Source: Octopus vulgaris
Taxonomy: Eukaryota
Assembly (NCBI GenBank): GCA_951406725.2
Contig: OX597835.1
Location: 25,482,001 to 25,546,000 of the forward strand
DNA length: 64,000 nt
Direction: 5' to 3'
Part shown: positions 28,160-41,700 of the stretch, piece by piece
Position numbering within the stretch: the first letter of the stretch is position 1
Layout: each line of letters starts with the position of its first letter
Translations under genes and position numbers: made by a program
Notes under the pieces: model-generated
Seen by the model: the letters and a program-made list of their open reading frames with translations, nothing else
Database searches by the model: none
Told to the model about the DNA's origin: nothing

Positions 28160-29025
28160 GTCCTTTCTACTAAAGGCCTGAAATTTGAGGGGAGGGGGAT
28201 GGTCGATCACATCGACTCTTATTTCTTTTATTTCTTTATTGCCCACAAGGGGCTAAACATAGAGGGGACAAACAAGGACAGACAAGCAGATTAAGTCGAT
28301 TACATCGACCCCAGCGTGTAACTCGTACTTAATTTATCGACCCTGAAAGGATGAAAGGCAAAGTTGACATTGGTGGAATTTGAACTCAGAACGTAATGGC
28401 AGACGAAATACTATTTCTTTACTACCCACAAGGGGCTAAACACAGAGGGGACAAACAAGGACAGACAAACGGATTAAGTCGATTACATCGAGCCAAGTGC
28501 ATAACTCGTACTTAATTTATCGACCCCAAAAGGATGAAAGGCAAAGTCGATGTTGGTGGAATTTGAACTCAGAACGTAACGGCAGATGAAATACCGCTAA
28601 GCATTTCACCCGGCATGCTAACGTTTCTGCCAGCTCATATCTACCCTGGTACTTGACTTGTACTTAATTTATCAACCCCAAAAGATGAAAGCAAAGTCGA
28701 CCTCGGTGGAATTGGAACTCAGAACCTAAAGATTGATGAAATACTGCTTAGCATCTTGCTCAGCATGCTAACGATTCTGCCAGCTCACTGCCTTAACAAC
28801 AACAACAACAATGATAATCCTTCTGACTATAGGCACAAGGCCTGGAATTCTAGAGGAGGGGACCAGTCAATTACATCGATCCCAGTGTTTCACTGGTACT
28901 TAATTTATCGACCCCGAAAGGATGAAAGGCAAAGTCAACCTCAGTGGAATTTGAACTCAGAATGTATAGATGGCTGAAATACTGCTCAGTATTTCATCCA
29001 GTGTACTAATGACTCTGCCAGCTTT
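28160..29025 (-). repeat. Tandem multimer of Nin-like SINE (about 190-bp units)
   Basis: cccacaaggggctaaaca...gaactcagaacgtaa.ggcaga.gaaatac repeated at 28242 and 28425, followed by further partial units. Confidence 0.8.
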
Positions 29026-30428
29026 AATAATAATAATTGCCCTGATGCAGTATGAGGCAGTGGCTCTCATGGCTTCTGATCTTAACTGATTGGAAGTACA
29101 TTGTTTTGCCTTGGTATAAAAGATGGGCCACAGCAAATATTCTGTTCAATACCGCAGATTTCCTTGTCAGTTGTTTGACCGTAACCAGCTGAGCATGTCC
29201 CTTAGTGGCTGACAGTATGTGCATCTCTGATCACGAGTAGAAGTAGTGGGGAAGCATCATAGCCATGTGTTGAGAAGAACTCTTTGGAGTTTGAATAATT
29301 CACCTCTGGAAACATGGGTATTTTTTTCAACACCCTTAAACAACCCTTATTCAGGGACCTTTTGAGTGGGACTGGGCTACTCGACCTGAATAAAATTCTA
29401 ACTGGGTCCAACCTCCAAGGTCATGTGCTGTTTATCTTGATATGAGAGCACCATGTTGCACACATATGGTTATGATGCATGTGCCTGGTATACCCATATC
29501 AGATCGGTAGTCATGATGGGTATACTGGGCTTTGTATATTTGATGGCATGCACTGCTCTCTCACTTAATGATAATAATAATTCGTTTGTTTATTGGCCAC
29601 AAGGGCTAACAAAAATCAATTAAAACATAAAGGGACAAAGCACAGGATGAAAGTTACAAAGGGTTTTGTCCGTTTGAAAAAGTCCGTGTACAAAAGCAGG
29701 ATGACAACGACTAATAATAATTCTTATACTTTTAGCACAAGGCTAGCAGTCATGAAGAGAAGGGGAAATTGGTAACATTAACCTTAGTGTTCCACTGGTA
29801 TTTATTTTATTGACACCAAAAGGCAAAGTTGACCTTAGTGAGATTTAAACTCAGAATGGGAAGAGCCGAAAGAAATGCACCTAAGCAGTTTGTCCAGCAC
29901 AGTATTGATCCTGCCAACTTGCTACCTGATAATAATAATAATTTCTATGATAATAATAATCTTTTCTACTGAAGGCACAAGGCCTGAAATTTTTTGGGAG
30001 GCAATTAGTCGATTATATCGACCCCAGTTTTTCACTGGTACTTAACTAATCGACCCTGTAAAGATGAAAGGAAAAGTCAAACTTGGCGGGATTTGAATTC
30101 AGAATATAAAGATGGGTGAAATGTTTCCAAGAATTTTGCCTGGTGTGCAAACACAACACTCTTCTTTCATATATTCATCACTGGCTGTTATGATAGTTAT
30201 CTTTCCACAAATGAAACTGGAGCAACTTACAGTTAAAGTGGAACATTCTGAGAGGAAGTGTTTGAATTGACTGTATTTTGGCTGTTCAGAGAAATATCAC
30301 GGTATATCCTGGTTTTACTTTTCTGATGTTTTTTGATGTCACCTTCCTGTTCAATGATGGAAGTAGGTTTGTGTGCATGTGTGTGTGTGTGTTTGCATGC
30401 ATATATATATATATACACACACACACAG

Positions 30429-30473
<45 letters not shown>

Positions 30474-30547
30474 CATAAATACATATATAATTATATATAT
30501 ATGTGTGTGTATGTATGTGAGTTCACGTGTGTGTGTATGTATGTATA

Positions 30548-30608
<61 letters not shown>

Positions 30609-31803
30609 ACATACACACATATATACATATATTTGAGGGGTGCTGAAAAGTTCCTGGCTTTGGGTATGATGAATAAGATCATAATTAACTGATTCATTTG
30701 TATTTTCTTTCATGCAAATCTAGGAACTTTTCAGCACCCCATCATGGCACCTTGGGCAAGTGTCTTCTACTATAGCATTGGGCTAACCAAAGCCTTGTGA
30801 GTGGATTTGGTTGATGGAAACTGAAAGAAGCCCACTGTATCTTCTGTCTGTTACCATTTTACTGCTTAAACCAGCAAACCAATCTTCATGAAACTTTGCA
30901 TACATGTTAAACTAACATCCAGTTCAGTAATAGGCTAATTTGATTTCAGTAAAAATCAACAATTGGGGGGGGGGGGCGAATTACACGATAAAATGAGAAG
31001 GGGGCAAAGAGTATTAGTCTGAAGGAATATAGTAACAGAAGTGCGACTTATATTAGGAAAGTGGGGAACAGTATTGTGTGACAAATATGGGGTGGCAATG
31101 GGATGTAACTGTTAATACAGCTGTCATATACATGCGACACTGCACCCATACTTTTGTAAATACATAGAAACATGCATGCACACACACACACAGACACACA
31201 TATACACATACATACATACACACATACATACGTACATACATACATGCATACATACATACATATATGTATATATATATATATATACACGTGTGTACATACT
31301 TACATACATACATACATATATATAGCTGAATACTCCATGATGACCATGATGACAATGATTATGATGATGATGATGACGACAACAACAACAAGGATGATGA
31401 TGATGATGATTATGACAATGACCATAATGACAGCTGCTGCTGCTGCTGCTGATGATGATGATGATAACAGCTACAACAAGGATGATGAAGTCAATGACGA
31501 CAACAATGACCATGATGTCAATGATGATGATGATGATGATGATGATGGTGACCCCTGTTGCATTCATTCAGCCCAACTTTCTCTCACTCTTTCTTCTTGT
31601 TTCTTTCATAATGCCTCGATGGACTGGCGTCCCATCCAGCTGGGGTGGGGGTGGGGGGAACACATATGCCACAGAAACCGGGAAACCGGGTCCATGAGCC
31701 TGGCTAGGCTTAAAAAGGGCACAGGAAGAAGAATGTGTGTATGTATGTATGTATGTATGTATGTATGTATGTATGTATGTATGTATGTATGTATGTATGT
31801 ATG

Positions 31804-31828
<25 letters not shown>

Positions 31829-31834
<6 letters not shown>

Positions 31835-32178
31835 TCAATATAGGGTGGCAAACAAATTTTGTAGAATTCTTTTGCCACCAGCGGCCTAGTGGGAAAAAAT
31901 TAAATAGTCATAAACCATTTTTAAGTTCAACATCAACAATCAAGGAACGGCCATAATAGGCCATTCACCCACTAGAAATAACAGCCAAAAGCTTTAACCG
32001 CAAAATAACATTAATTCCGTAAACCAGGAGAAAATTGAAAAACATTTACCCTGTAAATTACAGGGTAAATGTTTTTCAATTTTCTCCTGGTTTACGGAAT
32101 TAATGTTATTTTGCGGTTAAAGCTTTTGGCTGTTATTTCTAGTGGGTGAATGGCCTATTATGGCCGTTCCTTGATTGT

Positions 32179-32182
<4 letters not shown>
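31829..32182. mobile_element. Fold-back element in (TA)n: arms 31932-32056 and 32058-32182 plus tail
   Basis: Apparently perfect 125-bp palindrome with a 1-nt centre; tail shares caccag.ggcctag with 2545-2652. Confidence 0.75.
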
Positions 32183-32231
<49 letters not shown>

Positions 32232-32977
32232 TATATGGTTGGTGTTGAAAGGGCATTCAGCTATAGAAACCAAGCTAAGTCAGACTAGAACCTGGTGTAG
32301 CTTTCCTGCCTGCCAGCTCAGGTCAAACTGTCCAACCCATGCCAGCATAGAGAAAAGGATGTTAAATAATGATGATGATGATGATAACGACGACCATGAT
32401 AATGATATTTGGCTCATGTGAGAAAAAATTCTTTTCACTCGCGTGTTGTATAAAACTGAATAAACAAAAACAAAAAAAAAAACACTTGATCTTAAAAAAA
32501 TCAAAATCACATTTTCATGGTTGAAGAAGTTTGTAATTGCTAGCTTGAAAAAAAATGGGTGCCCTGCAAAGTTGTTTCGACATGTAAGAGAAATGTCATG
32601 CGTTTGTGCGTTGAGTGAGTATGATGTGAACTGGTTGAACTCATGATTAATTACTCAGGCTGCAATGTTGTCTTAAACTGGACTGAAGCAAAACTAAACA
32701 ATAAGGGATTTAGACATGCAAAGCTAGACTGAGAAAATTCTGAACACGTAAATAGAATAAACATTTGTTGAGGAAGAAAAGAATCTAAATTTGGTACAAA
32801 TTGCATGTAGGTAATGACTGGATAAACAGACATATGTGAACAGGATGTATCGACACATTGTGTAGAAGTTGATTGAATGAACAAAGAAACACAGTGTGTA
32901 TGTATGTTGAGTATATAAATCAATGAACATAGTGAATATATGACAACTGGATAGACAGATAGGTAGATAGATAGATG

Positions 32978-33031
<54 letters not shown>

Positions 33032-33840
33032 CAGATAGATAGATAGATAGCTATATAGATAGATAGATAGAAAGGCAGATAGATACACTTTGGTCTCTTA
33101 TATGTATGAATGTGTATATATATATATACATATATATATATATACACACAGCCTTCTTTCAGTTTCTGTCTGCCAGATGCACTCTTAATGGTTTGGTCGG
33201 CCCAAGGCTATAGCAGAAGTCACTTGCTCAATGTGCCATTCAGTGGGACTGAACCCAGAACCATGTAGTTGGGATGTAAGCTTCTTATCACAAAGCCATG
33301 CCTTTGCTTATATATATATATATATATATATATGGAGACCAAGGAAGACATGGGGCGAAGTACTGAAGGTCAATCTCATAATGCTGCACCTAACAAAATA
33401 GATGACAGAAAATTGAGATATGTGGTGCATTGTTGTACTCAAGAATACCTACCAACCATAACAAAATTGAAATCCTAAAACCAAGGTACCACATAAAAAG
33501 GTGCTCAGTAGACTCAGTGGAGTAGTTGGCATTAGGAAGGGCATCCAGCCATAGAAACCAAGCCAAAACATATAGAACCTGGTGCAGCCCTTGGTCTTGC
33601 AAGTTCCTATCAAGCCGTTCCAACCTGTGCCAAATGGACATTAAATGTTGATGATGATGATGATGATGATGACGACGACTGCAGGTGTGGTTGTGAGGTA
33701 AGAAGCTTGCTTCCCAACCACATGGTTCCAGGTTCAGTCCCACTGAGTGACACCTTGGGCAAGTGTCTTCTACTATAGCTTCAGACTGACCAAAGCCTTG
33801 TGAGTGGATTTGGTAGACGGGAACTGGAAGAAGCCCATCA

Positions 33841-33871
<31 letters not shown>

Positions 33872-34049
33872 TTATATATATATGTGCATGTGTGTTAATG
33901 TGTCTGTGTTTGTCCCCACCATTACGACTTGATAACTGGTAGTTGTATATTTTTAATGCATGACATTAAAAATATAAAATGGCATCAATTTGCTCATTGT
34001 ACCCTGTATATATATGTGTGCATGTATGTATGTATGTATATATGTATAT

Positions 34050-34082
<33 letters not shown>

Positions 34083-34875
34083 CATACATACATACATACA
34101 TACATACATACATACATACATACACACATGTATTGGCTTCTTTCATATTCCATATACAAAATCCACTCACAAGGCTTTGGTTGGCCTAGGGCCCTAGTGG
34201 AAGACACGCAGCCTAAGTGTCTTGCAGTGGAATTGAACCTTGAACCATGTGGCTGGGAAACAGCTGCCTATATAGTCACACCTGTTCCTGTAACCATGCG
34301 GATGTTTCCTCAATGGTTTGTTTGTGTTAAGAGTCTTCAATCTACAGGTGAAACGAGTATTGAGGGTGACGGAGTTGTTGACAGAAACATGAAGTATTCA
34401 ATGTAGAGGTGGGGGAGAGGGATTGGCTAATGTAGCTGGTGGTGGTAAAGGTGTCGGTGGTGATAGTCGGTGACGGAGGTGTTGGCGGTGGTGGAAGTTG
34501 GTTGCAGTAGTGATAGTAGTGGTGATGATGGTGGTGGATGTGGTTGTTGCGGTGGTGGTGGTGGTGGTGATGGTGGATGGTGGAGGCGGTGGTGAAGAAG
34601 CACACTCTAAGATGTAGAGCAGTATACAAACCCTTTTGTTACTGCATTTACTTTGAGAAGCTCTGTGTTTCTTTCAATTACTTTAAATATAACAAAGAAT
34701 TTAGTAAAATAACTTTGTTATCATTAAGCTTAGTGTTAGGATCATACATTGTGACTAAGGTTTGGTGTAAGATTTTAATTCAAAACTTATGAAAACAAGA
34801 CATTTGTATTCAGAGCCAGAGCCAGTTTCAGCCGGGTTGGTAACGAAAGGGTTAAAATGGGGAAGGCCAGTTTAT

Positions 34876-34937
34876 GGGATTACCTTAGGTTTCCCGTCCA
34901 TAAAGAGTTTTAGCTTCATGGCATATCGTCAGATCCC
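34876..34937 (-). ncRNA. Type I hammerhead motif about 100 nt downstream of a PLE ORF end
   Basis: gggat-CTGACGA...GAAA-cctaagg-TA-atccc; stem I gggat/atccc; the base of stem II is mismatched. Confidence 0.6.
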
Positions 34938-35040
34938 AAAAACCTATTAGCCCATGACCTCTTAAAAATATGGAGGGGGGGGGGGGGAATGCGTCACTAC
35001 TCAAAGGTAACAGTTGGGGATTATCTCCCTTTGCTATTGG

Positions 35041-35212
35041 TTATTGGCTTCTGGTTGTGCTGCCATCATGTGTGCTCCAAAAGGCTAGCAGGAGCCTCCT
35101 GAGATGTAAACGTGGTCTGAAAAGCTCCGTTCTGGAGTTAAGGATGTTCCCTGGTTTGAGTGAGTCTTTTAGGATTTGCGCGTGTTCAGTTATGCATAAC
35201 CTGCAAATATAT
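35041..35212 (-). mobile_element. Penelope-like element ORF C-terminal (GIY-YIG end) fragment
   Basis: ICRLCITEHAQILKDSLKPGNILNSRTELFRPRLHLRRLLL matches the CxLCxxE...LNxRxEL...HxxxxLL pattern ending many PLE ORFs; followed by a hammerhead. Confidence 0.6.
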
Positions 35213-35613
35213 GCACACGTGCACACACACATACACTTACATCACATGCACACTTACATTCACACACACACACTTACACACATTCACACATACACATGTT
35301 CACACACATGCACTCACACACACACGCGCAGACACACAAACGCACACACACACACACTCATACACACACACACACAAGACAATTCAAATAAGGAGATTCA
35401 CGCATCCACACAGTTTTTATTATTAAAGTCAGTTATACACCATATTTAACTTAATTCTCTGTCCGACATACGTTTCTGCCGCATACATTCATATCTGGCA
35501 ATGTAGTTCACATTTGTATCCATTTTATTCATCTGGTTTAAGAGTCTATGTAGTTTTATTCAAGGTATTGCCACTATTATAGTTAGAAAGCAAACTGGTA
35601 TAATGGTTTAGAT

Positions 35614-35873
35614 CAGTGGTTCCCAAAGTGGGCAATATTGCCCCTGGGGGCAGTGGAAAGTTCCAAGGGGGTGTTGAAAAAAAGTTGGACGATAATGGGG
35701 TAACAGTTCATGTAAAAATATCAAAATAATGGGGCTGTTAGATTAAGTTTTATTTGTGAAATACAGTTGCTTTGAATTTGTTTCAGAAAGAGGTCTATGT
35801 TTGGGGTGGGGGTACTAGGAATGTGGCCCGGGTGTCAAGGGGGCAGTAGCCTGAAAATGTTTGGGAACCACTG
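35614..35873. mobile_element. hAT (Charlie-type) MITE
   Basis: TIRs cagtggttcccaaa / tttgggaaccactg; TSD-like gtttagat/gttttaga. Confidence 0.75.
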
Positions 35874-37844
35874 GTTTTAGATAGTATTGCATTTTAGTAA
35901 AAAACAACTATTTTTAAGTGTAAAGAATAAGAGAAGAATAATTAGAAACCTGATATAAACCCCACACCATAGTATTAGATTGACCTTAAAGTTTGTATTT
36001 CAAATCATGAACGTGAAATCTTAAACTAGGTCAGAATATATTTCATTCACTAGCCTTAAATGAAGTAAATAGAAAAAAAATTCAATGATAGATATATACT
36101 ATTAAGGGTCGTCATCATCATCATCATCATCGTTTAACGTCTGCTTTCCATGCTAGCATGGGTTGGACGGTTCGACTGGGGTCTGGGAAGCCAGGAGGCT
36201 GCACCAGGCCCAGTCTGATCTGGCAGTGTTTCTACAGCTGGATGCCCTTCCTAACGCCAACCACTCCATGAGTGTAGTGGGTGCTTTTTGTGTGCCAGAC
36301 GAGGCTGGCAACGGCCACGATCGGTTGGTGCTTTTTACGTGCCACCGGCACGGTCATTAAATTAATTCTAATTTAGAAATATAAGATACACAGAATTTAC
36401 TTGTAAGGCCTTCCGCGTTTTTAATATGGCAGAATACTTCCACTTAGAGGGAAATCTGAATTTTTAGCTATACAAATCAACCCTAAATCTACATGAAGAT
36501 AACATCCTCCTGGATATAAAATAAATTATTCCATATGTTAATTATTACACATGAAAAATACTAATTAGTTGCAGAATTACTACTAGTATATAATCAAACT
36601 AGGTGCTGAGCCAATATTGTCTATGTAAACTCTTGCATCTCCAATCTACATGATACTTAAAAATGTTTTCTAGGGAAATATTCAAATTTTTTCTTGTGAA
36701 GGTATGCATATTTCAGGGCTCATTCCTGTTCATCATTTAATAATTGGTATTTAGATGTGAAAATATGGAATATTTCTTCTAGGCATATATTGTGTTTCTT
36801 ACTTCTCATTATTTAAGGCTCTGTCCCACCTATAATTTTCCATTTTATATGAAAGTTAGTGTTTCTATCCCTTAGGGACCAAATAAACTTGTACATTGAA
36901 TTTTTTTCTCTATTCTTGAAGGAAGTTAGGTGATTACTTAATCTCTGCTGAAGAGGATTTGCCTGCAAGAGTCTTGTGCTGGTACCATATAAAAAGTGCC
37001 CCTGCTGGCACCACATATAGCATGCAATGGCACCTGTACTGGTGCCATGTAAAAAACACCCAACACACTCTGTAAAGTAGTTGGCATTGGGAAGAGCATC
37101 CACCTGTAGAAACGGAGCCAAATCAGACTGGAACTTGGTGCAACCATCCTATTTCCATGTCAAAGATTCTTTGTCTTGCAAGTTACTTGGTGCCCCCCCC
37201 CCAGTGCTGGTGCCATGTAAAAAGCATCCAGTCCACACTGTAAAGTGGTTGGCCTTTGGAAGGGCATCCAGCTGTAAAAACCATGCCAAAACTGACCTCT
37301 CCTCTGCTGGTGCCATGTAAAAAGCATCCAGTCCACACTGTAAAGTGGTTGGCCATTGGAAGGGCATCCAGCTGTAAAAACCACGGCAAAACTGACCTCA
37401 CTTGTGCTGGTGCCACATAAAAAGCACTGAGTTCACTCTGTAGATTGGTTGGTGTCAGGAAGAGCACCCAGTTGTAAAAAACTGTGCCAAAAGACACAGA
37501 AGTCTGGTGCAGTTTTCTGCTTGGCCAGCTCCTGTCAAAGGCAGACGTTAAATGATGATGATGATGATGATGCTGATTATATTCAGAAGCTGAAAGAAAA
37601 AGTCCATCAAATATATATACATGTGTGTGTGTGTATAGGGCTTCTTTCAGATTCTGTCTAGCAGATTGCCTCACAAGGCTTTGGTCAGCCCAGGGATATA
37701 GTAGAAGACACTTACTCAAGGTGTTGCACAGTGGGACTGAACCTGGAAACATGTTGTTGGGAAGCTATCTTCTTACCACACTGCCATGCCTGTGCCTGTA
37801 CATACATATCTGTGTGCATGTCTATGTGTTCATGTATATGTGTG

Positions 37845-38225
37845 TGGAGGCGCAATGGCCCAGTGGTTAGGGCAGCGGACTCGCGGTCGTAGGATCGCGG
37901 TTTCGATTCCCAGACCGGGCATTGTGAATGTTTATTGAGCGAAAACACCTAAAGCTCCACGAGGCTCCGGCAGGGATGGTGGTGATCCCTGCTGTACTCT
38001 TTCACCACAACTTTCTCTCACTCTTTTTCCTGTTTCTGTTGTATCTGTATTTCAAAGGGCTGGCCTTGTCACTATCTGTGTCACGCTGAATATCCCCGAG
38101 AACTATGTTAAGGGTACACGTGTCTGTGGAGTGCTCAGCCACTTACACGTTAATTTCACGAGCAGGCTGTTCCGTTGATCGGATCAACCGGAACCCTCGT
38201 CGTCGTAACCGACGGAGTGCTTCCT
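37845..38225 (+). mobile_element. Young CpG-rich tRNA-derived SINE (family E)
   Basis: A box tggcccagtgg, B box gtttcgattcc; near-identical copy at 63421. Confidence 0.85.
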
Positions 38226-39606
38226 TAAGTATATGTGTATGTGTGTGTTTCTGGTGAATGTTTACGTTTTGTATTGAGCTGAAAGACTGATGGTGGTCAT
38301 CCGTTGACATTTCCTGGTCAACAAATTGTCTCATAGTGTGGCACTTTTGAAGACAGCGAAATGAAAAAAACTGAATTTGAAAAACAGGTTAGGATTAATG
38401 GACAAGAGGCATTCCGCTGTACAAAGTAATGCATTAGTAACGTGGGTTCACCTAACTCATGCTAGCATGGAAAAACAGAAGTAAAGCATATGAACTAGGT
38501 TAGCTAAATTACCATGACAGTATATGTGTGTGTGTGTGTGGCTTCGGTGTATGTGTGTGTGTGAGAACCAGAGTTGATGAAGAAGCAAAAAACTAGTCCA
38601 ATTTAGTGGATCTGTTTTATGGTGTGACTCAAATAGGATCTACTAGTAATTAATTAGCAGCAGCAGCAATAATAACAATAATGACAACAGAGATAATGTA
38701 GGCATGTAGCAACAGTTACTATAGCGACTAGAATGACCACAACACACAGTGTCAAAAATAGAAACCTCAAAATTGTTATTTCAAACTACAACAAAGTACT
38801 CAATACAGTTCCTTGCACCGCACCATCAAAATCAGGGTAAAATACCCCGAGTGGGACAGGAGTGGCTGTGTGGTAAGTAGCTTGCTTACCAGTTCTGGGT
38901 TCATTCCCACTGCGTGGCACCTTGGGAAGTGTCTTCTACTATAGCTTTGGGCCGATCAAAGCCTTGTCAGTGGATTTGGTAGATGGAAACTGAAAGAAGC
39001 CCGTCGTATATATGTATATATATATGCGTGTGTATATGTTTGTGTTTGTCCCACTAACATCGCTTGACAACCGATGCTGGTGTGTCTACGTCCCCGTAAC
39101 TTAGCGGTTCGGCAAAAGACACTGATAGAATAAGTACTTTGCTTCCAAAGAATAAGTCTTGGGGTTGATTTGCTCGACTAAAGGTGGTTTTCCAGCATGA
39201 CCGCAGTCAAATGACTGAAACAAGTAAAAGAGTAAGAGTAAGAGTAAAAGAGATAGCATTCTAGTTGTGAGTAGGCCCCCTTGTAGTTGCGGGTAGTCTC
39301 CTGGCCCCCAATATTTTTAGATCCAGTCTGCCACTGAGTTGAGTTATATGAGAAACGTGTTCCTTGTTACGATAATTTTCTTGTAACCCTGCATCTGTCC
39401 AATGAATGGGCGTCTAAATAGATTCAGTAAAATGGATTCGATAGACCTTTTGAATTCAAAGAATCTATGATTTTCTTCCTTTCAAATCGAGGGGGTAACG
39501 TTGGCGTAAATAAAATATAAAGGGAAAGTTTACGAAAATAAACAAAAGACGAAGGCAGGTGGTGTATAAACAGATGTATTAGTATAGCGCTCAGGAATAG
39601 AAAAAG

Positions 39607-39644
39607 TCTTTTACGTTTCGAGCCTACGCTCTTCTACAGAAAGA
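39607..39644 (-). ncRNA. Minimal hammerhead-like motif (core CUGUAGA variant)
   Basis: tcttt-CTGTAGA-a-gagc-gtag-gctc-GAAA-cg-TA-aaaga; followed by ttcctgagcg as in the 17200 and 45176 family. Confidence 0.5.
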
Positions 39645-40599
39645 TACACAGAAGAAAACAAGGAGAGAGGCGCAGGAGTGGCTGTGTGGTAAGTAGCTTG
39701 CTTAACAACCACATGGTTCCGGGTTCAGTCCCAGTGTGTGGCATCTTGGGCAAGTGTCTTCTGCTATAGCCCCGGGCCGACCAATGCCTTGTGAGTGGAT
39801 TTGGTAAACGGAAACTGAAAGAAGCCTGTCGTATATATGTATATATGTATATATATAAGTGTGTGTGTATATGTTTGTGTGTCTGTGTTTGTCCCCCTAG
39901 CATTGCTTGACAACCGATGCTGGTGTGTTTACGTCCCCGTCACTTAGCGGTTCGGCAAAAGAGACCGATAGAATAAGTACTGGGCTTACAAAGAATAAGT
40001 CCCGGGGTCGATTTGCTCGACTGAAGGCGGTGCTCCAGCATGGCCGCAGTCAAGTGACTGAAACAAGTAAAAGAGTAAAGAGAGAGAAAAAAAAAGGAGA
40101 GAAAAAAAAATATTTTGGAGTAATTGTTTAAAAAAGTTCCCCGGCCCCTGATCAAGACCATTACCAAATCACCATTAATACACCCGTACAATATCCAGAG
40201 TACCTTAGACAAGAAATCAGTTACCAATAGCAACACTCCACCACCACCACCACCACCACCACCAAGAAGAAGACAACCGCGTCAAACATAAGAACGACGA
40301 TGGGTTGCTTCAAACACTTCTCAGTCATTTAAGATTGGTATTTTTAGGCTGCCTGCCCGGTTAGTTGGCTGGTTAAATTGCCCTCCGCCTCCTTCTCCTC
40401 CTCCTCTTCCTTGTCGTCTGTCTCCTGTTATCTATTATTGACCTCCGACTCCCCGCACTTCTCACATTCTTTCTGTTTCTTCCCTCTTCTCTCCCTCTGG
40501 TAAATGAGGAAGGGGAGGAAGAGAAGTGGATTAGATTAACTTAACAATTGTTGAGTAACCAAGTGGTGGTGGGAGGAGGGTGCATACCTTTGACGGATT

Positions 40600-40710
40600 G
40601 GGGGTGGGTGGGAGGAAGAAAGAAAGAGGGAGGGAATGAAAGAGGGAGAAAGAAAGAAAAAGAGGAAGGGAAACGAAGAGAGAAACAGAAAATTTGTGTG
40701 TAAGAGGGAA

Positions 40711-40758
<48 letters not shown>

Positions 40759-41060
40759 CAATTAAGAGATGGAAGAGAAGGGAGAGAGAGAAAGCAATTA
40801 AGAGATGGGAAGGGAAGGGAAGGGATAGAGAAAGAGAGAGTGAAAGTGGCATGCTCCAGGGAGAGAAAATGAAAGAGAGAGAGAGAGAGGGAAAGAAAGA
40901 GAACGAGAGAAAAAACAAAGAGAGGGAGAAAGAGAGTAAAAGAAAAATGACGAAAAGCGAGGATAAGAGAAAAGACAAAGAGAGAAGGAGAGGCAGAGAG
41001 TAACAGAAAAAGACATAGAGAGAAAGAGAGAAAGTGAGAGAAAGAGAAAGAAAGGGAGAG
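40600..41060. repeat. Purine-rich (GA)n low-complexity tract
   Basis: Direct sequence. Confidence 0.9.
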
Positions 41061-41394
41061 CTGGGTGGGGACAGCTTCCTTTTGATTACCACACACACAT
41101 ACATAAATATGAACACACACACTCACTAAAGCGCACACACATACACACAAACACATTCCAAGTGACTCTGTGACACACACACACAAACACATAAACACAT
41201 ACACACAATGAGCAATATAGATTTTGACATCATTACACTTACGTACACACACACAAGCATTTATACATATAAACATTCTATTAGTGACACATACACACAA
41301 TGAACACTATAGATTTTGACACCGCTACAATTACACACACACACACGCACACTCGTAATAACATTGACAACAACCACAGCTCGTACGACGGCCA

Positions 41395-41700
41395 TCGCCA
41401 CCAACATCACCACAACACCACCACCACCACCACAACACCACCACCACCACCAGTATCACCGCCACCACCACCACCACCGCCGCCGTCACTGCTATCGCCA
41501 CTGTAACTATCGCCTTTCTCACCACCACCACCACCACTACCACCGCCACCAAAACCACCACCACCACCGCCGCCGTCGCCACTATCGAAACTGCTATCGC
41601 CACTGTAACTATCGCCTTTCTCACCACCACCACCACCACTACCGTCACAACCCTCCAATCACACTACTACTGCTACTACTACTACAACCACTGTAACCAT
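41395..41700. repeat. (CAC)n low-complexity tract with an internal duplication of about 50 bp
   Basis: actgctatcgccactgtaactatcgcctttctcaccaccaccaccaccactac at about 41488 and 41590. Confidence 0.85.

Noticed and set aside
31048-31834. 220-aa and overlapping ORFs
   Set aside because: Derived from (CATA)n, (GAT)n and (TATG)n microsatellites.
35455-35560. GAAAcgtatgTC half-hammerhead on the minus strand
   Set aside because: No CUGANGA with a matching stem I was found upstream.
37845-37925. tRNA gene (also 63421-63500, 55553-55625, 8500-8575)
   Set aside because: A and B boxes are present but there is no closed acceptor stem, and each continues into a multicopy SINE body.
40531-41696. Long ORFs of 100-254 aa (Leu/Ser/Phe-rich, His-rich, Gly-rich)
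   Set aside because: These are translations of (GA)n, (CA)n and (CAC)n simple repeats with no domain signal.
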